Source: Craspedostauros australis (lineage: Eukaryota). From it: a stretch of 64,000 nt of DNA. The notes under the pieces were generated by a model that did no database searches, was not told where the DNA came from, and saw only the letters and a list, made by a program, of their open reading frames with translations. The first letter of the stretch is position 1; each line of letters begins with the position of its first letter. A program made the position numbers and the translations under genes. Below are positions 46,801 to 56,316 of the stretch, piece by piece. The stretch is from NCBI GenBank assembly GCA_030167865.1, contig JALAGF010004754.1, positions 1 through 64,000 on the forward strand, given 5' to 3'.

Positions 46801-47788
46801 CTTTCCCTCTGAGTGTTGCGAGACAGTCGTTCTGTGCCTTCCTTCGTTCTGCGCGACGACAATGAGCGATGATACTCTGGAGCAATGATTAACTTCTGTT
46901 GCTTCCTGATGGATTTGTGCGTGGTCACGGCAATATGAGCGGTCAATATCCAAAAGACAGCGACGCAAGTAGGGAAGTTGGCAATGGTGGTGAATGAATT
47001 GCAAGAGCAGGTGCGTCTTGTGATGGTTCATCACATCGGCCTTGCGTGTTCGAAAGTGTGACGTTGTCATTGTTGTGCCACTCGCACACGAAACCAAGCA
47101 CGCCAATACTATTTGGATCGTTTCAATCTGTGGGTTATTGTCGAACGCAAATGTTCGTAATGGTTGCACCGGGAAACGTTCGTATAGCGTATATTTACGT
47201 ATTTACCGCAACCCCACAAAAAGGAAAATGACCAACTGCCGCTTCAATTCACACACAAACAGTCACTCCCGAAACATCGTCAAACGGGAGAAGCTAGAAT
47301 TCCCAGCCTCCTACCCTGATCGGCAGCCATGTACAGAGGAGGATGGCATCGGGTCCGAATGCGGCCTCACCATGCTACAATGAAGTAATCTTGATCCAAT
47401 CATCGATAGAGCTTCAGAGTATTCGTCGAGTAAGTTGCATGGTAACATGGTAACATAGTAGCGGAGTAGCGGAGTAACATGATGGCATCACCACATCGCA
47501 CAAGGCAACAACACCGGATTTGACTGTTTGTGAATCATTGTGATTCGACAACACGAGAGAGGGGAAGCTGGCCAAACTGACGTGGCGCAAATCTACTCAC
47601 ACAAAACAAACCAGCCGTTCCTCCAAATGCAATCCAACAACGCCGCAAAACTGCATACAATCATGCCATACCGTACCATGCCATACCATGCTATACTCGT
47701 GCCAATGAAAACTGTGACAATGAGTGCAGTCTCGCATTGCGGTTCACTCACACTTTGCCACTGCGATGATGTACTGCTGGATTTGGTA

Positions 47789-47803
47789 TGGCATCGCATA
47801 ACA
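47789..47803 (+). repeat. 5' copy of the 15-bp target-site duplication
   Basis: TGGCATCGCATAACA, identical to 56161-56175. Confidence 0.93.
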
Positions 47804-47931
47804 CAATACCAGAACCCGAAAAAACGAAACACACGATAACACTAGAAAAACACAAAAACGAAACACATCAACAAAGATCAGTACTCAAACTACAGCGAAT
47901 TCTACGTAACTCGAAAGATACCAACCTGACC

Positions 47932-50376
47932 ATGAAGGCAACCAAACATGTTCGAATCGCAGATGACAAAGCCGACGACGTTGAGATGATGGATGAGCAA
48001 GGACTAGCTGTGCAAACAGCAGCTCCGAAGCCACCTCCCAAGCCAAATCCGAGAGCAATCGAAGAAGAGGCGATGGAGAAACGGGGAGAAATAGCGACGG
48101 AGTGGAAAGATCCGAACACCGCGCGCTGGAAGAAGCTTCATGACACGATCATCCAACAAGCCAAAGCCTTTCAGCCAGAAGAGATGTACGGAGAAGAGGA
48201 CAGAGCCCTGCACAACCAGACAAAGAAGACCTTAGTCATGAAAGCGAGGTGGGAGAAGGGCGACACGTCAATGGTTTCGGCGCACATGCCCACAATCAGC
48301 GAGATGACAGCCTTTTTCCAGACGGTGATGGATGGGCGCACAACCAAGCTGGGGAAAACAAAAGTGAATTCGGACGATCCTGCGCGAGTTGCCATCAAAC
48401 AACTTGTGACAGATTTGTCTCTCACCAACCCAATCCGATGCTTCACAGATGCGCTCAAGCCAGGCAACAAGACAATGGCGGCCAACCAGATGACTGTACT
48501 ATGGGCAGCAGCAACAAACTACATGGGCTGCCAGTACATGGAAGAGCAAGCACCACCAGAAGTCGACTCTGACAACGAGAAGATGAAAGTGGACAGCGAC
48601 GACGAAAGCTACGATCTGGAGGCACTCATGACAAAGAAACCCCTCAAACAAGCTAATCTGACAGCGTACACAACGGCAACGAAGATCACATCTCCAGCTC
48701 CACGCGACGCGGCCGGCAAACTCAAAGCGGCAAGAGCCCCAACAGAAAAAGAGCGACAAGCAGGCAACGACGAAGAAGCCAACGAAGGATGGACACTCCT
48801 ACAAAAGAAGGACAAACAACAGATGTCCAATCCTAGGCGACGCTACTACGAGCGTTTTGAGATGAGATTGAAGATCCCAAAAGGTTCGAAAACACCGGTT
48901 CGAGATTTCCAGGAAAGGTTCCGACTGTGGTACGAAGAGGCTTCGAGCATGGACAAAAGCTTGATCATCAGTCCTTGGTACAAGAAGAACAAGGCCAAAG
49001 GCTGCATTGTCACAGCAGATGATATACCAGCGGCATGGAAGGATCTGAGATACTTTGTCGGGAAAGCCAACCCAACATCCAAGAGCGAAGACGTGTACCT
49101 TCAAGTGCTCCTGTCATCAAACATGGACATGCAAATGTTCACCAGTTGGAACACGGAGCTGGAGGGAGCATATGGCGAGGGTGAGTACTCATACATCCAA
49201 GACCTGAAAGACGCGGAGCATACCACAGAGATCGGGTTCATGGCGTACTCCGGGAACTTCACCAAGGCAAAGCAAGCCCTGTCAATCATCAACCAGTTGT
49301 TGGAAGGCAAGAGAGCGAAACTCAAAGTCGGTGGCCGGGTGAAATACATGGGGAAGGTGTCAGAGGAAGTGAAGGAGCAGCATCTGCAGCTCGGTGGAAG
49401 CTGGTACAACGCTCCGTGGATGGCCCTACATCTTCATGCAGACGTCAAAGACGCCCGCAGGGCCTCCAAACTGCTCGGCAAAATCTTCAACACCAAGGAA
49501 GGAGACAGAGGTGGACTCAATTACCGGTACGTTCCAAAACCCGGAACATCAGTGATGGGGGCGAAGACGGCCGCGAAGGTGCAGGCAATGACAAGGAAAC
49601 ACCAAAGCTACGTCCGCCGGCTCAAGTACGAGCAGCTCAAAGGCGACTTCGCGCTTGATGTCAAAGATCCGGAGACCCAAACCATCACGCTTCGAGAATT
49701 CCTCTCCAAACAAACCATCGACGGGTGCCCGATGATTCATGACGTCAGCACAACACACATGTCAGACGGCAAGGAAGACGCAATCCACATCGTTGCATTT
49801 GAGGAAAGATACGCGCAGGCGGTTGGTCTAATCCATACCATCGGGATCCGATGCTCCTCTGAGATCAACGAATCCACCACCAAATGGTTCTCCGAAGATA
49901 TTGTCGCCATGAGCAGCAACATGATCAAGGACAACAACGGCGAATACGTGGACGTTGAGACAGAAGAAGAGATGGACTTTCTCTTAGACGAAGATTTTGG
50001 AAACGTCATCATTGAGGGCATCAACATCATGGAAAGCGACAACGAGGCACCGAAACGCAAGAAGGCACGATTGGAAGATGAAAGCTTCAAGACCTTTGGA
50101 ACGGAGTACGGAAAGTCGGTGGCATCGTCCAGGTACACAATCCCTGAGTCACAAACAGCAATAGACGAAAGAGAAGCGATTGACGCGGAGCTTGAAGAAG
50201 CAATGCGAATGGCGAGAGAAGCTCAAGAACTGGAGGCAAGCCGTGTTCGAGTGCAAGAACAGAAGAGCACCATAGCTAGCCAAGAAACAATCATCGCGGC
50301 ACTGCGCGCCCAGCTAGAGGCGTCCGGCGCCCCGCTACCTGCCTCAAGCAAGGGTGGGAGTGAGGGCCAAGAATAA
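47932..50376 (+). CDS. LINE ORF1 protein (814 aa), no recognisable domain, C-terminal coiled coil
   Basis: First ATG inside the element and an uninterrupted ORF. Heptad-like EAIDAELEEAMRMAREAQELE...IIAALRAQLE. Confidence 0.85.
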   Translation: MKATKHVRIADDKADDVEMMDEQGLAVQTAAPKPPPKPNPRAIEEEAMEKRGEIATEWKDPNTARWKKLHDTIIQQAKAFQPEEMYGEEDRALHNQTKKTLVMKARWEKGDTSMVSAHMPTISEMTAFFQTVMDGRTTKLGKTKVNSDDPARVAIKQLVTDLSLTNPIRCFTDALKPGNKTMAANQMTVLWAAATNYMGCQYMEEQAPPEVDSDNEKMKVDSDDESYDLEALMTKKPLKQANLTAYTTATKITSPAPRDAAGKLKAARAPTEKERQAGNDEEANEGWTLLQKKDKQQMSNPRRRYYERFEMRLKIPKGSKTPVRDFQERFRLWYEEASSMDKSLIISPWYKKNKAKGCIVTADDIPAAWKDLRYFVGKANPTSKSEDVYLQVLLSSNMDMQMFTSWNTELEGAYGEGEYSYIQDLKDAEHTTEIGFMAYSGNFTKAKQALSIINQLLEGKRAKLKVGGRVKYMGKVSEEVKEQHLQLGGSWYNAPWMALHLHADVKDARRASKLLGKIFNTKEGDRGGLNYRYVPKPGTSVMGAKTAAKVQAMTRKHQSYVRRLKYEQLKGDFALDVKDPETQTITLREFLSKQTIDGCPMIHDVSTTHMSDGKEDAIHIVAFEERYAQAVGLIHTIGIRCSSEINESTTKWFSEDIVAMSSNMIKDNNGEYVDVETEEEMDFLLDEDFGNVIIEGINIMESDNEAPKRKKARLEDESFKTFGTEYGKSVASSRYTIPESQTAIDEREAIDAELEEAMRMAREAQELEASRVRVQEQKSTIASQETIIAALRAQLEASGAPLPASSKGGSEGQE

Positions 50377-53300
50377 GGCAAGGCTGGGGGCAGGCGAAGC
50401 ATCGTCGACCACCCCCGCAAGCCAAACGGATGCAACCCTGGAGGAAAGGCGCCAGGAAGGGCCAGACCTCCTCGACCGGCACTGGGGAGATTCTACGCGC
50501 ACCAAGGGCGGCACCTTATTACGCATTGCTGCCCTGAACGTGGGATGTCTACAGACCGGCTCGAACCACTGGAAGAACGACGATCTCTGGCAATGGGTCA
50601 AGCGGCTACAATTCGACGTTATCCTCCTATCGGAGATAGGAATCAACTGGTCGAAGATCGGCCGAATGAACTCATGGAAGACGAGATCCAAGAAACACGT
50701 GCACATGGAAAGACACTCCTTGTCGTACAATGAGAGAGAGAAGATGGGAGGGCCAAGACAATGGGGGGGAACCGCATGCTCTATGGTGGGGAATGTCACA
50801 GGCAGATACAAAAGCAGGGACAATGACCCGGAAAAGATGGGACGATGGGCAAGCATGGCGGTGAGAGGACGGCAAGATACAACGATTCGGTTTGTGAGCA
50901 TCTATATTCCAAACAAGGGAGGACAAAGCGCCGGGACAGTCTACAATCAACAAGCATCGTGGCTGGAGTCACAAGGCAACAGTACATCACCCATCGCACA
51001 GCTGATCCAAGATCTGGAAGCATCCATGCAACAGTGGAGAGATGCAGGCGAGACAGTGATAGTCGGAGGCGACATTAACATGCCAGTGGGACGATCCCAA
51101 ATGGCGGATATGATGGCGCGCCAACGAATGAAGGAGGCAATCCTCAGTCACCATCCCACAGCTCCAGGCCTTTCAACCAACATACGAGCCAACTCGGACA
51201 GAGTCATCGACGGCATATGGGTTCCAGAGTCGCTTCAAGTGGTGCGGTCAGGATACAGCCAATTCGGACCTTGGGATCATCGAACAGCGTGGATAGAGAT
51301 TGCACAAGAGTCAGTGTTCGGAACGGTCAGCAAGCCTACGCAAAAATTCGAAGGGCGACGGGTCCGTCTCAACCGGCCAGTGACAGTCCGAAGATATCAA
51401 GCTGAAGTCCTGAAGCAATACAAACGCAAGGACGTAATTCAGCGGGTTGATCAGCTGCGAGCCGAGGTGGGAAAGTCAGAACAGCTCACGAAAGATCAGA
51501 GGGAAGAAATGGAAGCCATCGACGCAGACAGAACACGAATCATGTTAAGCGCGGAAAAAGGGGCCCGGAAAATATACACAGGCAAGGTTCCATTCTCTCC
51601 AATCATAAAGCAAAAAGCCATGGAGAAGCAGTTCTGGAACCTCGCATGGAAACGGCGGGAAGGAAAAAAGGTGAGCTCTCGATGGTATGAACGAGCCAAG
51701 AAACAAGCAGGGATAACGATCCGCACTGCCATCCTCAGCAAGGAGGACCTGGACGAGAAGCGACGAAGGGCACATAAGAAGTGGAAGCTCGCTAAGAAGG
51801 ACGCGCAGAAGCACCGGGCGACGTTCCTGCAGTCACGGGCAGAAGAAGTGGCCCGAGAAGGAAACATCACTGCGGAAGCAGCTCTCACGTCCATCCAAAA
51901 GAGAGAAGAAGTGGTGGAGACGTTCAAGGCCATCAGGCAAGTGATCGGGGACTACGATGCAAACAGCAAAGTAACATTGGTTATCGCGAACAATGAGGAA
52001 GGGGAAGAAGAGGTGTACGACAAAGAACAGACTGTCATCGCTCAATGTATGAAAGTCAACGAGGCTAAGTACAGACAAGCATATGTGACTCCCCTACAGC
52101 ACGCGGCTTTTGCGAGAGATGTGCGAAGGATGAGTTTGCCAGCCACCCGACGACGGCATCGCGGCAAGCTCGGTGTCTACGACCAGCAGCTGCTCGATGA
52201 GCTCAGCAAGACGGATGTCATACCATGGAAAGAGGAAGATCTCAACATCACCACGGTCAGTCATCAACAGCTGTGGTCCAAAGCACGCGAAAAGACCACG
52301 TCGGGCCCATCAGGACTACATTTCGGTCTCTGGAAGGCAAATGCAAAATGTGATGACCTGGCTAAGGTGGACGCGACCATGAGAGAGATATCGCTTCGGA
52401 CGGGTTATAATCTGTCCAGATGGCTGGTGTGTACCGATGTGACGCTTCTGAAGGAGCCAGGAAACTTCCGAGTTTCCAGATTCCGCACCATCAGCCTCGT
52501 AGAAGGAGATTTCAACGCTAACCTCAAATGGATCGGAAAGATCATGATGAGACACGCAGAGGATCACCGGATGCTGCCAGATGAACAATACGGGAGCAGA
52601 AAACAACGAAGCGCAGCAGAAGTCAGTCTCAACAACAGAATGACAGACGACATCATCAGAATCACAGCGGCCACAAGCTGTATATGCTCGAACGACGCCA
52701 AGAGCTGTTATGACCGGATGGCGCATGTGCCGCTGGAGCTCAGCATGAGAAGAATCGGGGTGCCCACAACGGTGGGGCGAAGCGTGACGACCGCTATCCA
52801 AGCGATGAAGCACCATGTGCTGACAGGTTTTGGAAAATCCACGCGCACATACCCTCATCGCGGCTCCAAGTTACAAGGCCTGCTCCAAGGTCTCGGCATA
52901 TCGCCGGCTGGGTGGGTGGCGATGAGCTCGCCAATCATGGCTGCAATGTCTGAGAGAGGGTACGGATTCACGTCGGTTAGTCCAACGCAGAAAGTGACAA
53001 CCAAGCTGGTGTGCTTCTCGTTCGTGGACGACACGGACCTCATTCACTCCGTCAGGGCAGAAGCAAGCGACCTGGAAGGCTGTATCGCGGAAATTCAGCA
53101 GGTGGTCGACGCGTGGGAGGGCATGCTACGGGCAACGGGCGGGGCATTGGAACCGCGGAAAAGCTACTGGTACTTGATGTCGTTCAAGTGGGAAGGCACT
53201 CGGTGGAGATACAAGACTATCGAGGAACAGCCAGGGGACATCAGTATCCGTCAGCCGGATAGCCAGGAGCGGTCCACGCTTCTCAGGCTTCGGGTGGACC

Positions 53301-56023
53301 AAGCTCGAAAAGCTTTGGGGGTCATGGTGCGCCACGATGGGAACCAGAAAGACAATGAGCTGTACTACACGACTAAGGCCGAGAAATGGGCAGACAAAAT
53401 GCGACGAGGACGAATGCTGAGGACCCATGCATGGATAGCAATGAAGTCCACAATATGGAAAGCTCTGGAATACCCATTATCCAGCTCGACATTCACAAAG
53501 GCAGCGGCTGAGAGAATCATGCGTCCCGTCCTAACGGCAGCACTGCCAGCAGCTGGGATCCAGCGAAACGTATCCAGGAAGTTGGTGTTCGGACCGCACG
53601 AAGGGATGGGGCTTGGCGTGCACCACCTCTACTATGTGCAAGTCACGAGACATCTCGAGCAGCTGGCAAGACACTGGCAACAGCCAACACTGACAGGGAA
53701 ATTAATGCGCACGCAGATCGAACTTCTGACGCTGCAAGTGGGCATCCCAGACGTATTCTGCCGCGACCCGGCGAAATGGAGTCATCTGGCTGACGATTCG
53801 TGGATGAAATCGGTGTGGATAGAGGCACGCGAGGTGGGCATCACAGTGCAGTGGGAGAATGGGATACTGCACGCCCCTCGACAAAACGACGCGCCAATCA
53901 TGGAGCGCGTCCAAGCCTTCGCGTTTGATCCGCAGCAGCAGCGAGTCATCAACCTATGCAGAATAGCCCAGAAAGTGTTCTGGCTATCGGATATTGTCTC
54001 TGCCGACGGGGCTCAACTTCTCCCGTCCGTACTGAGTCCAGGGGGGATCCCTCTGCGGTCCACATGCCTCCGCTGGCCACCAGTTGGGGATCTCGGGCCA
54101 CAGTGTTGGCGGCTGTGGAGTCAAGCCATTCGACAAATATTCCAAGCCTCCAGAACAGGTTCAGCGCGTCTGGCGCAGCCTCTCGGGCATTGGAAGGGGT
54201 TCACATCGCAGCAACCGCTAGTCTTCTGGGATTCTGACAGTGACAGACTCTACGATCTGCAGCAACCAAGTCAATGCTACATCAGAGTGCCGAGGCGCGG
54301 GAGACGAAGGCTGTACGAGTTGGCTAACGACAGCATGCGTCGGCCGTCGGAAATGGTGGACGGGTATCGCGAGCGGGGCAGGATCGTTGTCACGGGAACG
54401 GGTGATGGCGGCATTGCACAGCCAGAAAGCGCCAGTACAGTGGAAGCAGCAATACTAGCCCTGCCACACTCGAGAGCATGGGCGGTGCAGCAATACGAGA
54501 AATCGGGAACCTGGGAAACAGTGGCCCAGTCTGTGCGACAGGGGTCGGCGGTGGCCTGCAGCGACGGGTCAGTTGCGCAAGGAGCGGGCGCGTCTGGGGC
54601 AGTGATACTCGCCAATTACGGCGGCAGTACCGCGCAGGTATTGATCGCTAATCTTGCGCCAGCCACCGACGGTACTATGCAGTCGCACCGAGCGGAGCTC
54701 GCTGGGATCTACGGGGTTCTGACGATGCTCGCGGTGATCTGTGAAGTGCATGGGATTGACGACGGCAGCGTGGAGGTGGGGTGCGACAACATCGGCGCCC
54801 TCAAGGCACTGGACCCAGAGTGGCGGCTGTCTCCCTCGTCCACCGACGCAGATTTGCTACGAGCAGCACGAAGTCTCAGCATGGAAATCCCAATCTCAAT
54901 TCGAGGGCGGCACGTCAAAGGCCACCAGGATGATCAGATGGGATGGAGTTCGCTTGATAAGTGGGCACGAATGAATGTGATTGCCGACAAAGTTGCAGGA
55001 TCCGCAAGAGTTTACATGCGGGAGGCGGCGGCGTACGGCGGGCAAGTGCATGGCGAGCGAGTGACGTTCAACGCATCGACAAAGATGACGAAAGTGGTCT
55101 ATTCCGCGGTGGCGGGTGCCCAAACACGCCGGGCAGCGATTGACGTACTGATCTCGCGCCAGGTGCTCCATCACAGCCTACCTGTTGCCTGGCATACCGT
55201 CGGCAGCGCTCTCGCCGTACTCGAACTTTCCAAGCGCACGTTGACGGTCAAGTTGGTTACAGGGGAAGCTCCATTTGGCAAACGAATGAAACGATGGGGG
55301 ATGCGGATCTCCGACAAATGCCCCAGCTGTGGTGCACGTGAGGACGTCCAGCACTTCTGGGAATGTCCTGGACATGACCGTCGGCGGATTTCGAAGAAGC
55401 ACCTAGCGGAGATTCGAAGATGGCTGCAGAAGTACCCAACACGGCCAGCGCTGGTAGCCAGCATGATGACCGTCCTCCGGAGTCAGCTTGAAGGTTCGGC
55501 GTTTCTACAGATCACCAGCCCAGGCAGCCAGCTACACGAAGCTGTTCGGCAGCAGCAAGCCGTGGGGCCCCAAGCATTGCGGAAAGGGCTGCTGGTCCAA
55601 CACTGGGAGCATATTCAGCAAGAGTACCTGGAGCAACAGCGCTCCCGCAGGTCCGCGGCGAAGTTGTCCCGGCAGCTTGTGCGACGCATTTGGCAAATAG
55701 CGTGGGAGCATTGGGCAGCGAGAAACGAAGCACTTTTTGAGAATCAAAACTCGGCCGAAGCTGAAATGGTACAAGCTCTGCGCGACAGGGCACAATCACT
55801 TCAGCTTCGCCTCGAGATGAATCCAGCAGACCACAGGCGAATACTGCTCAGTGCCCCCTCTGTGGGGACGCCAGTAGCGCAAGTCGCGGTATGGGTGGAG
55901 CAGGCTGCACTAAAGCTACAAGAACCGGCCGCCTCTGGCGTCCTGTTCACGTGGTTGCGGTTCAGGCGGCAAGCTCACCCTACCCCCGGCGATGGCGCAG
56001 GCGCATACGCAGTGGGCGAGTAA
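50354..56023 (+). CDS. LINE ORF2: AP endonuclease, reverse transcriptase, RNase H, C-terminal zinc finger
   Basis: APE: LRIAALNVG, DVILLSE, VGGDIN, IDGIW, WDH. RT: FRTISLVE, EQYGSR, NDAKSCYD, GLLQGLGISP, FVDD. RNase H: CSDGS, RAELAG, CDN, HVKGH, NVIAD. Zinc finger: CPSC...HFWEC. Confidence 0.95.
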   Translation: MGVRAKNKARLGAGEASSTTPASQTDATLEERRQEGPDLLDRHWGDSTRTKGGTLLRIAALNVGCLQTGSNHWKNDDLWQWVKRLQFDVILLSEIGINWSKIGRMNSWKTRSKKHVHMERHSLSYNEREKMGGPRQWGGTACSMVGNVTGRYKSRDNDPEKMGRWASMAVRGRQDTTIRFVSIYIPNKGGQSAGTVYNQQASWLESQGNSTSPIAQLIQDLEASMQQWRDAGETVIVGGDINMPVGRSQMADMMARQRMKEAILSHHPTAPGLSTNIRANSDRVIDGIWVPESLQVVRSGYSQFGPWDHRTAWIEIAQESVFGTVSKPTQKFEGRRVRLNRPVTVRRYQAEVLKQYKRKDVIQRVDQLRAEVGKSEQLTKDQREEMEAIDADRTRIMLSAEKGARKIYTGKVPFSPIIKQKAMEKQFWNLAWKRREGKKVSSRWYERAKKQAGITIRTAILSKEDLDEKRRRAHKKWKLAKKDAQKHRATFLQSRAEEVAREGNITAEAALTSIQKREEVVETFKAIRQVIGDYDANSKVTLVIANNEEGEEEVYDKEQTVIAQCMKVNEAKYRQAYVTPLQHAAFARDVRRMSLPATRRRHRGKLGVYDQQLLDELSKTDVIPWKEEDLNITTVSHQQLWSKAREKTTSGPSGLHFGLWKANAKCDDLAKVDATMREISLRTGYNLSRWLVCTDVTLLKEPGNFRVSRFRTISLVEGDFNANLKWIGKIMMRHAEDHRMLPDEQYGSRKQRSAAEVSLNNRMTDDIIRITAATSCICSNDAKSCYDRMAHVPLELSMRRIGVPTTVGRSVTTAIQAMKHHVLTGFGKSTRTYPHRGSKLQGLLQGLGISPAGWVAMSSPIMAAMSERGYGFTSVSPTQKVTTKLVCFSFVDDTDLIHSVRAEASDLEGCIAEIQQVVDAWEGMLRATGGALEPRKSYWYLMSFKWEGTRWRYKTIEEQPGDISIRQPDSQERSTLLRLRVDQARKALGVMVRHDGNQKDNELYYTTKAEKWADKMRRGRMLRTHAWIAMKSTIWKALEYPLSSSTFTKAAAERIMRPVLTAALPAAGIQRNVSRKLVFGPHEGMGLGVHHLYYVQVTRHLEQLARHWQQPTLTGKLMRTQIELLTLQVGIPDVFCRDPAKWSHLADDSWMKSVWIEAREVGITVQWENGILHAPRQNDAPIMERVQAFAFDPQQQRVINLCRIAQKVFWLSDIVSADGAQLLPSVLSPGGIPLRSTCLRWPPVGDLGPQCWRLWSQAIRQIFQASRTGSARLAQPLGHWKGFTSQQPLVFWDSDSDRLYDLQQPSQCYIRVPRRGRRRLYELANDSMRRPSEMVDGYRERGRIVVTGTGDGGIAQPESASTVEAAILALPHSRAWAVQQYEKSGTWETVAQSVRQGSAVACSDGSVAQGAGASGAVILANYGGSTAQVLIANLAPATDGTMQSHRAELAGIYGVLTMLAVICEVHGIDDGSVEVGCDNIGALKALDPEWRLSPSSTDADLLRAARSLSMEIPISIRGRHVKGHQDDQMGWSSLDKWARMNVIADKVAGSARVYMREAAAYGGQVHGERVTFNASTKMTKVVYSAVAGAQTRRAAIDVLISRQVLHHSLPVAWHTVGSALAVLELSKRTLTVKLVTGEAPFGKRMKRWGMRISDKCPSCGAREDVQHFWECPGHDRRRISKKHLAEIRRWLQKYPTRPALVASMMTVLRSQLEGSAFLQITSPGSQLHEAVRQQQAVGPQALRKGLLVQHWEHIQQEYLEQQRSRRSAAKLSRQLVRRIWQIAWEHWAARNEALFENQNSAEAEMVQALRDRAQSLQLRLEMNPADHRRILLSAPSVGTPVAQVAVWVEQAALKLQEPAASGVLFTWLRFRRQAHPTPGDGAGAYAVGE

Positions 56024-56160
56024 GGCATACACACTACATGAGAAACGATACATGGATTCCGTGCTCCCTTCGCGCCATGCGCGAAGATTAAAGGAGGCGG
56101 AGAAAAGCGCCACCGGCGCAGCCTCATAAGAGGGTTTAATCCTTGAGTTATTTATTTATT

Positions 56161-56175
56161 TGGCATCGCATAACA
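56161..56175 (+). repeat. 3' copy of the 15-bp target-site duplication
   Basis: Directly follows the (TTTA)n tail. Confidence 0.93.
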
Positions 56176-56316
56176 TTGCATGGTTTCACACCACCATCCC
56201 ATCCTCCTCCCATCATCTCATAAAATCAAAGCAACAACAACACACAACCAAACAACACACAACCAAACAACCAAACAACAACACTCTCACCACCCAATAA
56301 CCCAACAACATCAATC

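Larger units (their letters stand above)
47804..56160 (+). mobile_element. Full-length non-LTR retrotransposon (LINE) with RNase H, possibly Ambal-like
   Basis: Perfect TSD TGGCATCGCATAACA at 47789-47803 and 56161-56175. Two intact ORFs, a TTATTTATTTATT tail at 56148-56160, and an A-rich sense strand. Confidence 0.95.

Noticed and set aside
47788-47931. Longer ORF1 start at ATG 47788
   Set aside because: That ATG overlaps the flank and TSD, outside the element. The first internal ATG is 47932.
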